Source: Desulfobulbus propionicus DSM 2032
Lineage (GTDB): Bacteria; Desulfobacterota; Desulfobulbia; Desulfobulbales; Desulfobulbaceae
DNA: 32,000 nucleotides
Reading direction: 5' to 3'
Assembly: GCF_000186885.1 (NCBI RefSeq)
Contig: NC_014972.1
Location: 960,001-992,000 of the forward strand
Below are positions 18,660 through 27,480 of this stretch, one piece after another (the stretch's first letter is position 1; every line of letters begins with the position of its first letter). The notes beneath the pieces were generated by a model. The model worked only from the letters and a program-made list of their open reading frames with translations, was not told the DNA's origin and made no database searches. A program made the translations under genes and the position numbers.

Positions 18660-19673
18660 TCAGCCGAGCAACTGCTCGACATGGGGAATCAAATTCTTTT
18701 CGTTGACAAGCGTTACCTCGTACATGCTGGTCAAACCCTGGGCCTGTTCATCGCTTAATCCAGCGACGCAGAGTATGAAATGGGACCGGTCTATCGCAAG
18801 TCGCTTGCGCAATCGTGAATATTTGTCCAAATCTTGACGAAATTCTCCTGATTTGCATTCTATGCACAGAGGAATGTTGTTGTTGATCAGGAAAAAGACA
18901 TCCAGTTCGTGAAAGTCTTCATTGGGGAGGGTGACCGTTAGGCTGCGCGCACCAGAAAATGGTGTGTGCTTTTCTTGTAACAGGTTGAAGACCTTGATGA
19001 AAACAAACCATTCAAGCCAAGTGCCATTGAAAAATTGAACGATCGCCGGCGCGGTTTGCAGGGTAAGTTTTACGATTTTCTCGTGTTTTTGATAAAAACA
19101 CTTGGCGACAAAGGAAAATCGATAGAGCTGGTTGCAAAAATTCACGATCTCCTGAATATGCTTCTGGCTTTTCTTGGCCAGTTGAAAATGTACATTGGTA
19201 TAGCCTTTATTCTGAATTCGTTTTATCTTTTCGCTCACTTCTCGAAGGACTTCATAGTTATTCCCTAGTTCGACCGCCATCTCGTCAAAGAACCCTGTCG
19301 TGTCGAGTTCCTTTGGATTGACCTTCACGGTGACTTTTTTTGCTCCAAACCACTCGATGATCGGCTGGTATTGTTGATCATTGGCCAACTCGGTCGTGTT
19401 ATGGATGTCAATATCCTTCAGGGAAAAGAGTTCTCCGCTTGGCTGGTCAATGACTTGTATTTCCAGCGGATCGGAAGCGTTTGTTGTCTGTTGCAGTTTG
19501 ATCAGCTCTTTTTGTAGCGCAAAATATTTTTCCAGAATTTTCTCAACAAAGGCCACCGTGTCGTGGATGGGCGCGATGTGTTGGCATTGAGGACATTTGG
19601 CCGATTTTCCAATATGTTCGCTGGCCACCTCGCGAAGGTGACCGCATTTGTTGCAGCGAAAGAGAGCCATCAA
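18660..19673 (-). CDS. Zinc-ribbon plus PD-(D/E)XK nuclease-like protein (C-terminal domain resembles Card1/DUF1887-type nucleases)
   Basis: 337 aa. N-terminal CxxC-x16-CxxC (C7, C10, C27, C30). C-terminal G-x-WLE (E221), HELDV (D258) and IECKSG (E272, K274) give a complete E...D...ExK nuclease pattern. The reading frame is intact and the local DNA is AT-rich compared with neighbours. Confidence 0.72.
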   Translation of the reverse strand: MMALFRCNKCGHLREVASEHIGKSAKCPQCQHIAPIHDTVAFVEKILEKYFALQKELIKLQQTTNASDPLEIQVIDQPSGELFSLKDIDIHNTTELANDQQYQPIIEWFGAKKVTVKVNPKELDTTGFFDEMAVELGNNYEVLREVSEKIKRIQNKGYTNVHFQLAKKSQKHIQEIVNFCNQLYRFSFVAKCFYQKHEKIVKLTLQTAPAIVQFFNGTWLEWFVFIKVFNLLQEKHTPFSGARSLTVTLPNEDFHELDVFFLINNNIPLCIECKSGEFRQDLDKYSRLRKRLAIDRSHFILCVAGLSDEQAQGLTSMYEVTLVNEKNLIPHVEQLLG

Positions 19674-19720
19674 AGAAACCTGTGTAATGGAAAGGGTGAG
19701 AGCGGGAGAGTGTATTGTCG

Positions 19721-19741
19721 TTAATTTTTTATTAAAATTAA
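19721..19741. promoter_or_regulatory. AT-rich inverted repeat upstream of the nuclease-like gene (possible operator/promoter element)
   Basis: TTAATTTT-TTATT-AAAATTAA: perfect 8-bp arms with a 5-nt spacer, in the divergent intergenic region between 19673 (-) and 19958 (+). Confidence 0.4.
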
Positions 19742-19957
19742 AATGTTGGGATGGTCAAGCAAAACTTCCCGCGCTTGCTTGGGGCCGCTTGCATCCACAA
19801 GTCGGCAGGCAGGTGCATCCGGTACTCGGCGTATCCTGTTGGTGTCAAGGTGTGCCCCTTCCCGTTGACAAAGCGGCGCCGGTCGCTTACTTCTGTGGCT
19901 GCTTTTAGCCTCGGCAAGGTATTTTCAAGGGAAACAGGCAAAAAGGAGGAGGCTCCC

Positions 19958-20557
19958 ATGACTGTCATCAGTGAACAAACCATCGATCTGGGATCGTGTG
20001 CGGTGCATGCGCTTGCGTGTGGACCAACCAGTTCCGCCACTGTCGTTCTGCTGCACGGCATGAAGTTTCAGGCCGAGACCTGGCGGCAATTGGGTACCCT
20101 GGAATTCCTGGCGGGCATGGGGCAGCATGTATTGGCGGTGGATATGCCCGGATTTGGCCGGAGTCCGGCCAGCGAGGCCGCGCCGGTTGCGGTGCTCGCA
20201 CGGTTGTTCGAGCATTTGGCCATCGAGCGGGTGACCCTGATCGGCCCTTCCATGGGTGGGCGCATTGCCCTGGAATTTTCCCTGAACTATCCGCAGCGAA
20301 TCGCTGGTCTGGTTTTGGTTGGTGCCGTGGGCGTGGAGGACAACCGGTCCGGTTTGGGCGTCATTACCGCGCCGACCCTGATCGTCTGGGGCGGCGAGGA
20401 CCAGGTTTCTCCGCTGGGCAACAGCGACATCCTGTTGGCGGGAATCAAGGGCGCCACCCGGGAGATTTATCCGGGAGCACCGCATCCCTGTTACCTGGAA
20501 CAGCCGGATCGTTGGCACGCCAGTCTGCGCACCTTTTTTACATCTCTCGCCAAGTGA
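19958..20557 (+). CDS. Alpha/beta hydrolase family protein
   Basis: VVLLHGMKF, nucleophile elbow LIGPSMGGRIALEF, acid TLIVWGGEDQVSP, catalytic His GAPHPCYLEQP. RBS AGGAGG upstream of the ATG at 19958. Confidence 0.9.
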   Translation: MTVISEQTIDLGSCAVHALACGPTSSATVVLLHGMKFQAETWRQLGTLEFLAGMGQHVLAVDMPGFGRSPASEAAPVAVLARLFEHLAIERVTLIGPSMGGRIALEFSLNYPQRIAGLVLVGAVGVEDNRSGLGVITAPTLIVWGGEDQVSPLGNSDILLAGIKGATREIYPGAPHPCYLEQPDRWHASLRTFFTSLAK

Positions 20558-20577
20558 GGCAACAAGCGGCCCTCCCC

Positions 20578-23043
20578 ATGGGAAAAACACTGATCATTGC
20601 CGAAAAGCCTAGCGTTGCCGCCGATATCGTCAAGGCCTTGCCAGGAAAATTCACTAACGCCAAGACCCACTATGAAAGTGACGAGTACATCGTCTCCTAC
20701 GCCATCGGCCATCTGGTGTCCATCGCCTACCCCGAGGAGATCAACCCCGAACTGAACAAGTGGACCCTGGACAACTTGCCCATCCTGCCCGAGGAGTTTC
20801 CCCTGGCGGTGCTACCGGACACCAAGGCCCAATTCAATGCGCTGACCAAACTGATCCGCCGCCGCGACGTGGAGGTGATCGTCAACGGCTGCGACGCCGG
20901 CCGCGAGGGCGAATTGATCTTCAAGTACATTCTCAAGCAGGCCACCAATCGCTCGGTGGAGCACAAACGGGTCCAACGGTTGTGGCTGCAATCCATGACC
21001 CTGGATGCCATCCGCGACGGTTTGGGCAAGCTCAAGGACGACCAGGAGATGCGGCCTCTGGAGGATACGGCCCTGTGCCGCTCCGAGGCCGATTGGTTGA
21101 TCGGCATCAACGCCACCCGGGCCCTGACCTGCTACAACTCTCGCTTCGGCGGTTTCCGCAAGACACCCTGTGGCCGGGTGCAGACCCCGACCCTGTCGCT
21201 GTTGGTCAAGCGCGAGACTGAACGACGCGAGTTTGTGCCCACCACCTACTGGGAATTGCATGGCTGTTTCGTTTGCGGGCCGGTCGCCTACCAGGGGGTA
21301 TGGATCGATCCTGCCTTTGCCAAAGACGAGGAGCAGGCCCACGGCCGTCGCAACCGCATCTGGGAGGAAGAACGGGCCAAAGAGATTGCCGACCGCTGCA
21401 CCGGCAAGCCGGCCATGGTCGAGGAGAGCAGCAAGAAGTCGACCAAGGGCGCGCCGCCGCTGTACGACCTGACCCTGTTGCAGCGCGAGGCCAACAGCCG
21501 TTTCGGCTTTTCCGCCAAGAATACCCTGGCTCTGGCCCAGGCCCTCTACGAGCGGCACAAACTGATCACGTATCCCCGTACCGACAGCCGCTGCCTGCCC
21601 GAGGACTACCTGCCCACGGTGGTGAAGGTGGTTGGTCAGCAGCAGCAGTGGCAATATGGCCGTTTTGCGAGCGAGGCCCTGGAGAAGAAGTATCTCAAGA
21701 AAGACAAACGGATTTTTGACAACAAGAAGATTTCCGACCACTTCGCCATCATTCCCACCGCCGGCCTGCCCAAGACCCTGAGCGAGCCCGAGCTGAAGAT
21801 CTACCAGATGATCGTCCAGCGGTTTTTGGCCGTTTTCTTTCCCGCCGCAGTGTATCATAATACCCGGCGGCTTTCGCTGGTGGAGGGCGAAACCTTTCTC
21901 ACCGAGGGCAAGATCCTGGTGGAACCGGGCTGGCGGGCTATTTACGGCGCGAGCAGCGAGGAGGACGGCGATAAGGAATTGCAGGCACTGCCGCCGGATA
22001 CCCTGGTGCAGTGCGAGGACATCGACCGGCAGGAACATCAAACCAAGCCGCCGCCCCGATTCACCGAGGCGACCCTGCTCTCGGCCATGGAGCATTCGGG
22101 CAAGCTGGTCGAAGACGAGGAACTGGCCGAGGCCATGAAGGAGCGCGGCTTGGGCACGCCGGCCACGCGGGCGGCGATCATCGAGAAACTGATCAACGAA
22201 AAGTATATCGTCCGCGAGCAGCGCGAGCTGGTGCCCACGGGCAAGGCCTTCGAGCTGCTGAGTTTGCTTGAAGCCCGGAAGATCGACGTACTGGCCTCGC
22301 CGGAGCTGACCGGCGAATGGGAGTACAAGCTCAACCAGATCCTGAAAGGGGCCATGACCCGGACGCAGTTCATGAAAGAGATCCGGGAGATGACCGGGGC
22401 CATCGTCGACAAGGTCAAGCAGGGCGGAGGCACGGAGCGTCACGAGGCGCCTTTCTCGCCGGTGGACGGGGCCCGCTTTTACGAGACCGCCTCGGCCTAT
22501 GAATCCGAAGACAAGAAGCTGATCATCCGCAAGGTGCTGGGCGGCCGAGTGATGGACCCCGCGGAGATCGTCGAACTGATCCGGGGCAAAACCTTGGGGC
22601 CGTTCAACGATTTCCGCTCGAAAAAAGGCAAGCCCTTCACGGCCTCGGTGCACATCGCCAACTCCAAGGTCGAATTTCTCTTTGCCGATTCCACCGACGA
22701 ACTGAATCTGGACGAGATCCGCGGCCAGGAGCCGCTTGGTCTCTCACCCGTCGATCAGACCAAAGTGTTCGAAACGCCGGCCGGTTTTCTTTCCGAATCG
22801 GCGCTTGAGGGGGATCAGAAGAAGGGCTTGCGCATCTCCAAAATCATTTTGGGGAAAAAATTGGAACGGGAACACATCAGCCAGCTACTCGCCGATGGCC
22901 GCACCGAGCTGATTGGCGGTTTCATCTCCAAAAGGAAAAAGCCCTTTGACGCTTTCCTCCTGCTGGACGCCAAGGGCAAGCTGAGTTTTGCATTTCCCCC
23001 TCGGGGGAAGAAGGGCAAGGACAAGGAAGCCGATAACGGCTGA
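20578..23043 (+). CDS. topB: DNA topoisomerase III (type IA topoisomerase)
   Basis: MGKTLIIAEKPSVAADIVKAL..., toprim NGCDAGREGELIF, active-site LITYPRTDSRCLP, and C-terminal topoisomerase repeat segments. ATG at 20578 inside the longer 19996 open frame. Confidence 0.92.
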   Translation: MGKTLIIAEKPSVAADIVKALPGKFTNAKTHYESDEYIVSYAIGHLVSIAYPEEINPELNKWTLDNLPILPEEFPLAVLPDTKAQFNALTKLIRRRDVEVIVNGCDAGREGELIFKYILKQATNRSVEHKRVQRLWLQSMTLDAIRDGLGKLKDDQEMRPLEDTALCRSEADWLIGINATRALTCYNSRFGGFRKTPCGRVQTPTLSLLVKRETERREFVPTTYWELHGCFVCGPVAYQGVWIDPAFAKDEEQAHGRRNRIWEEERAKEIADRCTGKPAMVEESSKKSTKGAPPLYDLTLLQREANSRFGFSAKNTLALAQALYERHKLITYPRTDSRCLPEDYLPTVVKVVGQQQQWQYGRFASEALEKKYLKKDKRIFDNKKISDHFAIIPTAGLPKTLSEPELKIYQMIVQRFLAVFFPAAVYHNTRRLSLVEGETFLTEGKILVEPGWRAIYGASSEEDGDKELQALPPDTLVQCEDIDRQEHQTKPPPRFTEATLLSAMEHSGKLVEDEELAEAMKERGLGTPATRAAIIEKLINEKYIVREQRELVPTGKAFELLSLLEARKIDVLASPELTGEWEYKLNQILKGAMTRTQFMKEIREMTGAIVDKVKQGGGTERHEAPFSPVDGARFYETASAYESEDKKLIIRKVLGGRVMDPAEIVELIRGKTLGPFNDFRSKKGKPFTASVHIANSKVEFLFADSTDELNLDEIRGQEPLGLSPVDQTKVFETPAGFLSESALEGDQKKGLRISKIILGKKLEREHISQLLADGRTELIGGFISKRKKPFDAFLLLDAKGKLSFAFPPRGKKGKDKEADNG

Positions 23044-23133
23044 TCCCCTGCGCCCGAAAGAAGAACGCATTTCGAATGGCGGCCGGAAGGTGCGAAAACC
23101 AACAATCACAGACCGTCATCACAACGTGAACCG

Positions 23134-23532
23134 ATGAAAAAATTAAAAAAAGAGTATGCGGAAAAAGAGGGCAGGGAACTGGCGGCGGTGTGCGCCCGCG
23201 TGGCCCTCGACACCAAGGCGGAGGAGGTGGTGGTGCTGGATGTGCGCGGCCTGGCTTCCTTCACCGACTATTTCGTGATCATGAGCGGCCGCTCCACCCG
23301 TCACGTGCAGGGGCTGGCCGAGGCCATCGAGGGCGAGCTGAGCACCAAGCGGATCAGCAGCAAGCACAGCGAGGGGTTGCGCGAGGGGATGTGGGTGTTG
23401 CTCGATTTCGGCGATGTGGTGGTGCACATCTTCTATCATGAGAACCGTGCTTTTTATGATCTGGAGGGGTTGTGGCACGATGCCCCCAAGATCGATGTCG
23501 ACAGCCTGCTGGCCGAAAACGCCCAGCCCTGA
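23134..23532 (+). CDS. rsfS: Ribosomal silencing factor RsfS
   Basis: VVVLDVRGLASFTDYFVIMSGRSTRHVQGLAEAIE...WVLLDFGDVVVHIFYHENRAFYDLEGLW is characteristic of RsfS/Iojap. Confidence 0.96.
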   Translation: MKKLKKEYAEKEGRELAAVCARVALDTKAEEVVVLDVRGLASFTDYFVIMSGRSTRHVQGLAEAIEGELSTKRISSKHSEGLREGMWVLLDFGDVVVHIFYHENRAFYDLEGLWHDAPKIDVDSLLAENAQP

Positions 23533-23550
23533 TTGCCAAGGAGGTCCATC

Positions 23551-25110
23551 ATGTCCGCGCCCGTTCCCGTTATCCTGGCCATCCTCGACGGTTGGGGAAT
23601 TGCCGATCCCGTGCCGACCAACGCGGTTTTTGTCGCCAAGACCCCCAACATGGACCGGCTGAGCGCCGCCTATCCCATGACCACGCTCGTTGCCCACAAC
23701 GGCATGGTCGGCCTGCCTGAAGGCCAGATGGGCAATTCCGAGGTCGGCCACCTCAACATCGGCGCCGGACGGATCGTCTACCAGGATTTCACCCGCATCA
23801 ACCTGGCGGTGGAGCGGGGCGAGCTGGCCGCCAATCCGGTATTCAACAGGGTAATGGAGCAGGTCAAGGCGGCGGACAGCCGCCTGCATCTGTGCGGCCT
23901 GGTCTCCGACGGCGGTGTGCACAGCCATCTCCGTCACTTGATCGCCCTGATTGAACTGGCGGCAGCCAAGGGGGTCGAGGTGGTGGTGCACTGCTTCATG
24001 GACGGCCGCGACACCCCGCCGACGAGCGGCCTGGGTTTCATGGAGGAGCTGGTTGCGGCCATGGCACGGATCGGCTGCGGCCAGGTGGCCACGATCTCCG
24101 GCCGTTACTGGGCCATGGATCGGGACAAGCGTTGGGACCGGGTGAAAAAGGCCTGGGATGCCATGGTCGAAGGGGTTGGTCCGACCGCCGCCGATGCGGT
24201 CACGGTGATGCGCGAGGCCTATGCCCGGGGCGAGACCGACGAGTTTCTCACCCCGACCGTGCTGGTCGATGGCCAGGGCGTGCCGCTGGCCCGCATTCGC
24301 GATAATGATGCGGTGATCTTCTTTAATTTCCGCGCCGACCGGGTGCGCGAACTCTGTCATGCCTTTGGCGACGTCGATTTCAGCGGTTTTGATGCCGGCG
24401 TCCGGCCGCGGCTGCTGGCCCTGGCCACCATGACCGAGTACGAGGCCGATTTCCCCTTTCCCGTGGCCTTCCCGCCGGTGACACTCACCCACATCCTCGG
24501 CGAGGAGGTCAGTCGCCATGGCCGCCGCCAGCTGCGCATCGCCGAGACCGAGAAGTACGCCCATGTGACCTATTTTTTTAACGGCGGCAACGAGGTCCCC
24601 TATCCGGGCGAGGACCGGCTGCTGATCAATTCGCCGCGCGATGTGGCCACCTACGACCAGAAACCGCAGATGAGCGCGGTCGAGGTGACCGACCGGCTGC
24701 TCGCGGCCCTGGCCGAGCGGGAAGCGGCCGGTGCGCCCTACGATCTGGTGATCCTCAACTTCGCCAACGGCGACATGGTCGGCCATACCGGGATAATGGC
24801 CGCGGCGGTGGCGGCCTGCGAGACCGTGGACCGGTGCGTGGGCCGGATCGAGCAATTTGTCCGCGAGCGGGGTGGGGTGCTGTTGATCACCGCCGATCAC
24901 GGCAACGCCGAGCAGATGGTCGACCCGCAGAACAGCGGCCCCTACACCGCCCATACCCTCAGTCCGGTGCCGTTCATCGTGGTCTCCGAGGCGTTCCGAA
25001 ACCGGACCCTGCGCCCCGGCGGCGCGCTCAAGGACATCGCTCCCACCATCCTCACTCTGATGGAGCTGCCGATCCCGAAAGAGATGGAAGGGGAGAGCTT
25101 GATCGTCTGA
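23551..25110 (+). CDS. gpmI: 2,3-bisphosphoglycerate-independent phosphoglycerate mutase
   Basis: VILAILDGWGI, MGNSEVGHLNIGAGRIVYQD, LVILNFANGDMVGHTG, ADHGNAEQM. ATG at 23551 preceded by GGAGG. Confidence 0.96.
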   Translation: MSAPVPVILAILDGWGIADPVPTNAVFVAKTPNMDRLSAAYPMTTLVAHNGMVGLPEGQMGNSEVGHLNIGAGRIVYQDFTRINLAVERGELAANPVFNRVMEQVKAADSRLHLCGLVSDGGVHSHLRHLIALIELAAAKGVEVVVHCFMDGRDTPPTSGLGFMEELVAAMARIGCGQVATISGRYWAMDRDKRWDRVKKAWDAMVEGVGPTAADAVTVMREAYARGETDEFLTPTVLVDGQGVPLARIRDNDAVIFFNFRADRVRELCHAFGDVDFSGFDAGVRPRLLALATMTEYEADFPFPVAFPPVTLTHILGEEVSRHGRRQLRIAETEKYAHVTYFFNGGNEVPYPGEDRLLINSPRDVATYDQKPQMSAVEVTDRLLAALAEREAAGAPYDLVILNFANGDMVGHTGIMAAAVAACETVDRCVGRIEQFVRERGGVLLITADHGNAEQMVDPQNSGPYTAHTLSPVPFIVVSEAFRNRTLRPGGALKDIAPTILTLMELPIPKEMEGESLIV

Positions 25111-25227
25111 AGGCTCCCGTTGGGGTGGAAGAGAAGGCGTATCGGCAAGCGCGATGGGCAGGATCACCCTTTTCCATCCAACAGACTCCAGATTGATAGA
25201 TTAACCAGCTGACAAAGGAACACAACC

Positions 25228-26619
25228 ATGCGCTATATCAGTACCCGGGGCGGCATCGAGCCCCTTCAGTTTCAGGATGCGGTGATGATGGGGCTGGCCC
25301 GGGACGGTGGCCTGCTTTTACCCCAGACCCTGCCCACGGTCGATACCGAGGTGCTCGACCGCTGGCAGCATCTGCCCTACCAATATCTGGCCCGGGAGAT
25401 CCTCTCGCTGTTCATTGACGATATCCCCCAGGCCGATCTGGAAGACCTGATCGAGCGGGCCTATGCCTCCTTTGCCCATCCGCAGGTGACCCCGGTGACC
25501 AAACGGGGGGATGTCTACATCCTGGAGTTGTTCCACGGTCCGACGCTCGCCTTCAAGGACGTGGCCCTGCAACTGCTCGGCAACCTGTTCGAATATGTGC
25601 TGGCCCGCACCGGCGGCTTCATGAACATCCTCGGCGCCACCTCGGGCGACACCGGCAGTGCCGCCATTGCCGGGGTGCGCGGCAAAAACAAGATCAACAT
25701 CTTCATCCTGCATCCGCACGGCCGCACCAGCCCCATCCAAGCCCTGCAGATGACCACGGTCCTTGACCCCAACGTGTTCAACATCGCGGTGCGCGGCACC
25801 TTTGACGATGCCCAGAGTATCGTCAAGGCCATCTTCAATGACCTCGATTTTCGCGACCGCTACCGGCTGGGCGCGGTCAACTCGATCAACTGGGCCCGGG
25901 TGCTGGCCCAGGTGGTGTACTATGTCTACGCCTATCTCAAGTTACGCAAACTGGGATCGGGCAGTGTTGATTTTTCGGTGCCCACCGGCAACTTCGGCGA
26001 CATCTTCGCCGGCTATGTGGCCAAAACGCTGCTTCCCGCCGGTTGCATCCACACTCTGATCCTGGCCACCAACGCCAACGACATCCTGGCCCGTTTCGTC
26101 AGCCAAGGCGACTACTCACGGGGACAGGTGCAGGCCACCAGCAGTCCATCGATGGACATCCAGATCGCATCCAACTTCGAGCGCTACCTCTATTACCTGC
26201 GCGGCGAGGACGGCGCGGCGGTCAAGGCGGACATGGAAGGATTCGCCGCCACCGGAAAACTGGATCTCTCGGCCTTCACGGCACGGGTGGCCCAGGATTT
26301 CCGTTCGCGTGCGGTGTCCGAGGAGGAGACCATCGCCACCATCGGCGCATTCCACCGGGAGCACGGCTACCTGCTCGACCCGCACACCGCCGTCGGGGTC
26401 AAGGCCGCGCTCGACCTGCGCGAACCGAGCCGGCCGGTGGTCTGTCTGGCTACCGCCCATCCGGCCAAATTCGGTGAGGCGGTCACTCGGGCCATCGGCA
26501 GCGAGCCGCCCCTGCCGCTGGCCCTGGCCGATTTGGCCAACCGCGAAAGCCGCTGCGTCGTGCTCGATGCGGAGGTCGAGACAGTCAAGGAATTCGTGGC
26601 CAGGAATGGACTCCAGTGA
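25228..26619 (+). CDS. thrC: Threonine synthase
   Basis: MRYISTRGG...PLQFQDAVMMGLARDGGLLLP, GPTLAFKDVALQLLGN, NILGATSGDTGSAAI, PTGNFGDIFAGYVAK. Confidence 0.96.
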   Translation: MRYISTRGGIEPLQFQDAVMMGLARDGGLLLPQTLPTVDTEVLDRWQHLPYQYLAREILSLFIDDIPQADLEDLIERAYASFAHPQVTPVTKRGDVYILELFHGPTLAFKDVALQLLGNLFEYVLARTGGFMNILGATSGDTGSAAIAGVRGKNKINIFILHPHGRTSPIQALQMTTVLDPNVFNIAVRGTFDDAQSIVKAIFNDLDFRDRYRLGAVNSINWARVLAQVVYYVYAYLKLRKLGSGSVDFSVPTGNFGDIFAGYVAKTLLPAGCIHTLILATNANDILARFVSQGDYSRGQVQATSSPSMDIQIASNFERYLYYLRGEDGAAVKADMEGFAATGKLDLSAFTARVAQDFRSRAVSEEETIATIGAFHREHGYLLDPHTAVGVKAALDLREPSRPVVCLATAHPAKFGEAVTRAIGSEPPLPLALADLANRESRCVVLDAEVETVKEFVARNGLQ

Positions 26620-26640
26620 GGAGATGATCGGAGGGGAGCC

Positions 26641-27480
26641 ATGATCGACATTGACCGCCACCGGCACGAGGTCGAAACCGCGGTCGCCTTTCTCCGCGAG
26701 CGGATCAGCGCCCCGCCCGAGGTGCTCATCCAGTTGGGCACCGGTTTGGGTGAGCTGGTCCGGGCGATGGAGGTGGAGTGTACCCTGGCCTACGAGGCCA
26801 TTCCCCACTTTCCCCGCTCCACCGTGACCAGCCATGCAGGCAACCTGGTCATCGGCCGGCTGGCCGGCAAACGCGCCGCCATCCTCCAGGGACGGTTCCA
26901 CTGCTACGAGGGTTATTCGGCCCGCGAGGTGGCCTTCCCCATCCGGGTGCTGGCGCTGCTGGGAGCGAAAACGGCGATCATCACCAATGCCAGCGGCGGC
27001 CTCAACCCCGCCTTCCAGCCGGGAACGATCATGGTCTTGAACGATCACCTCAACCTGCTGGGCGACAACCCCCTGCGCGGGCCCAACGTGGATGCCTGGG
27101 GCGTGCGCTTTCCCGACCTTTCCACCCCCTATGCTCCGGAACTGCGTGACCTGGCCCTGTCGCTGGCCGAACGACTGCATCGTGCCGAAGTGACCAGCGG
27201 CACCTATGTGTGCATCCCCGGCCCGAGCCTGGAAACTCCGGCCGAGACCCGTTTTCTGCGCCTGATCGGTGCCGACGCGGTGGGCATGTCCTCGGTGCCG
27301 GAGATTCTGGTGGCCCTGCACGCGGGCTTGCGGGTGCTGGGGCTGTCGGTGGTGGCCAACGTCAACGATCCGGACCATTTTCAGCCGATCCTGCTCGACG
27401 ACATCATCGCCGCCGCCCGCAGGGCCGAACCGCGTCTGCAACAGCTGATCATCCATATCCTGGCGGAGCTGACTCCATGA
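26641..27480 (+). CDS. Purine nucleoside phosphorylase (PNP/MTAP family)
   Basis: IQLGTGLGELV, GRFHCYEGYSAREVAFPIRVLALLGAKTAIITNASGGLNP, CIPGPSLETPAETRFLRLIGADAVGMSSVPE. Confidence 0.92.
   Translation: MIDIDRHRHEVETAVAFLRERISAPPEVLIQLGTGLGELVRAMEVECTLAYEAIPHFPRSTVTSHAGNLVIGRLAGKRAAILQGRFHCYEGYSAREVAFPIRVLALLGAKTAIITNASGGLNPAFQPGTIMVLNDHLNLLGDNPLRGPNVDAWGVRFPDLSTPYAPELRDLALSLAERLHRAEVTSGTYVCIPGPSLETPAETRFLRLIGADAVGMSSVPEILVALHAGLRVLGLSVVANVNDPDHFQPILLDDIIAAARRAEPRLQQLIIHILAELTP

Noticed and set aside
18392-18682. Minus-strand ORF of 96 aa downstream of the TPR lipoprotein
   Set aside because: It overlaps the lipoprotein 3' end and has no motif support. It is likely spurious.
19738-20061. 107-aa minus-strand ORF overlapping the start of the alpha/beta hydrolase
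   Set aside because: It is antisense to a well-supported gene start with RBS and lacks a recognised domain. I noted it only as part of the unexplained intergenic region.
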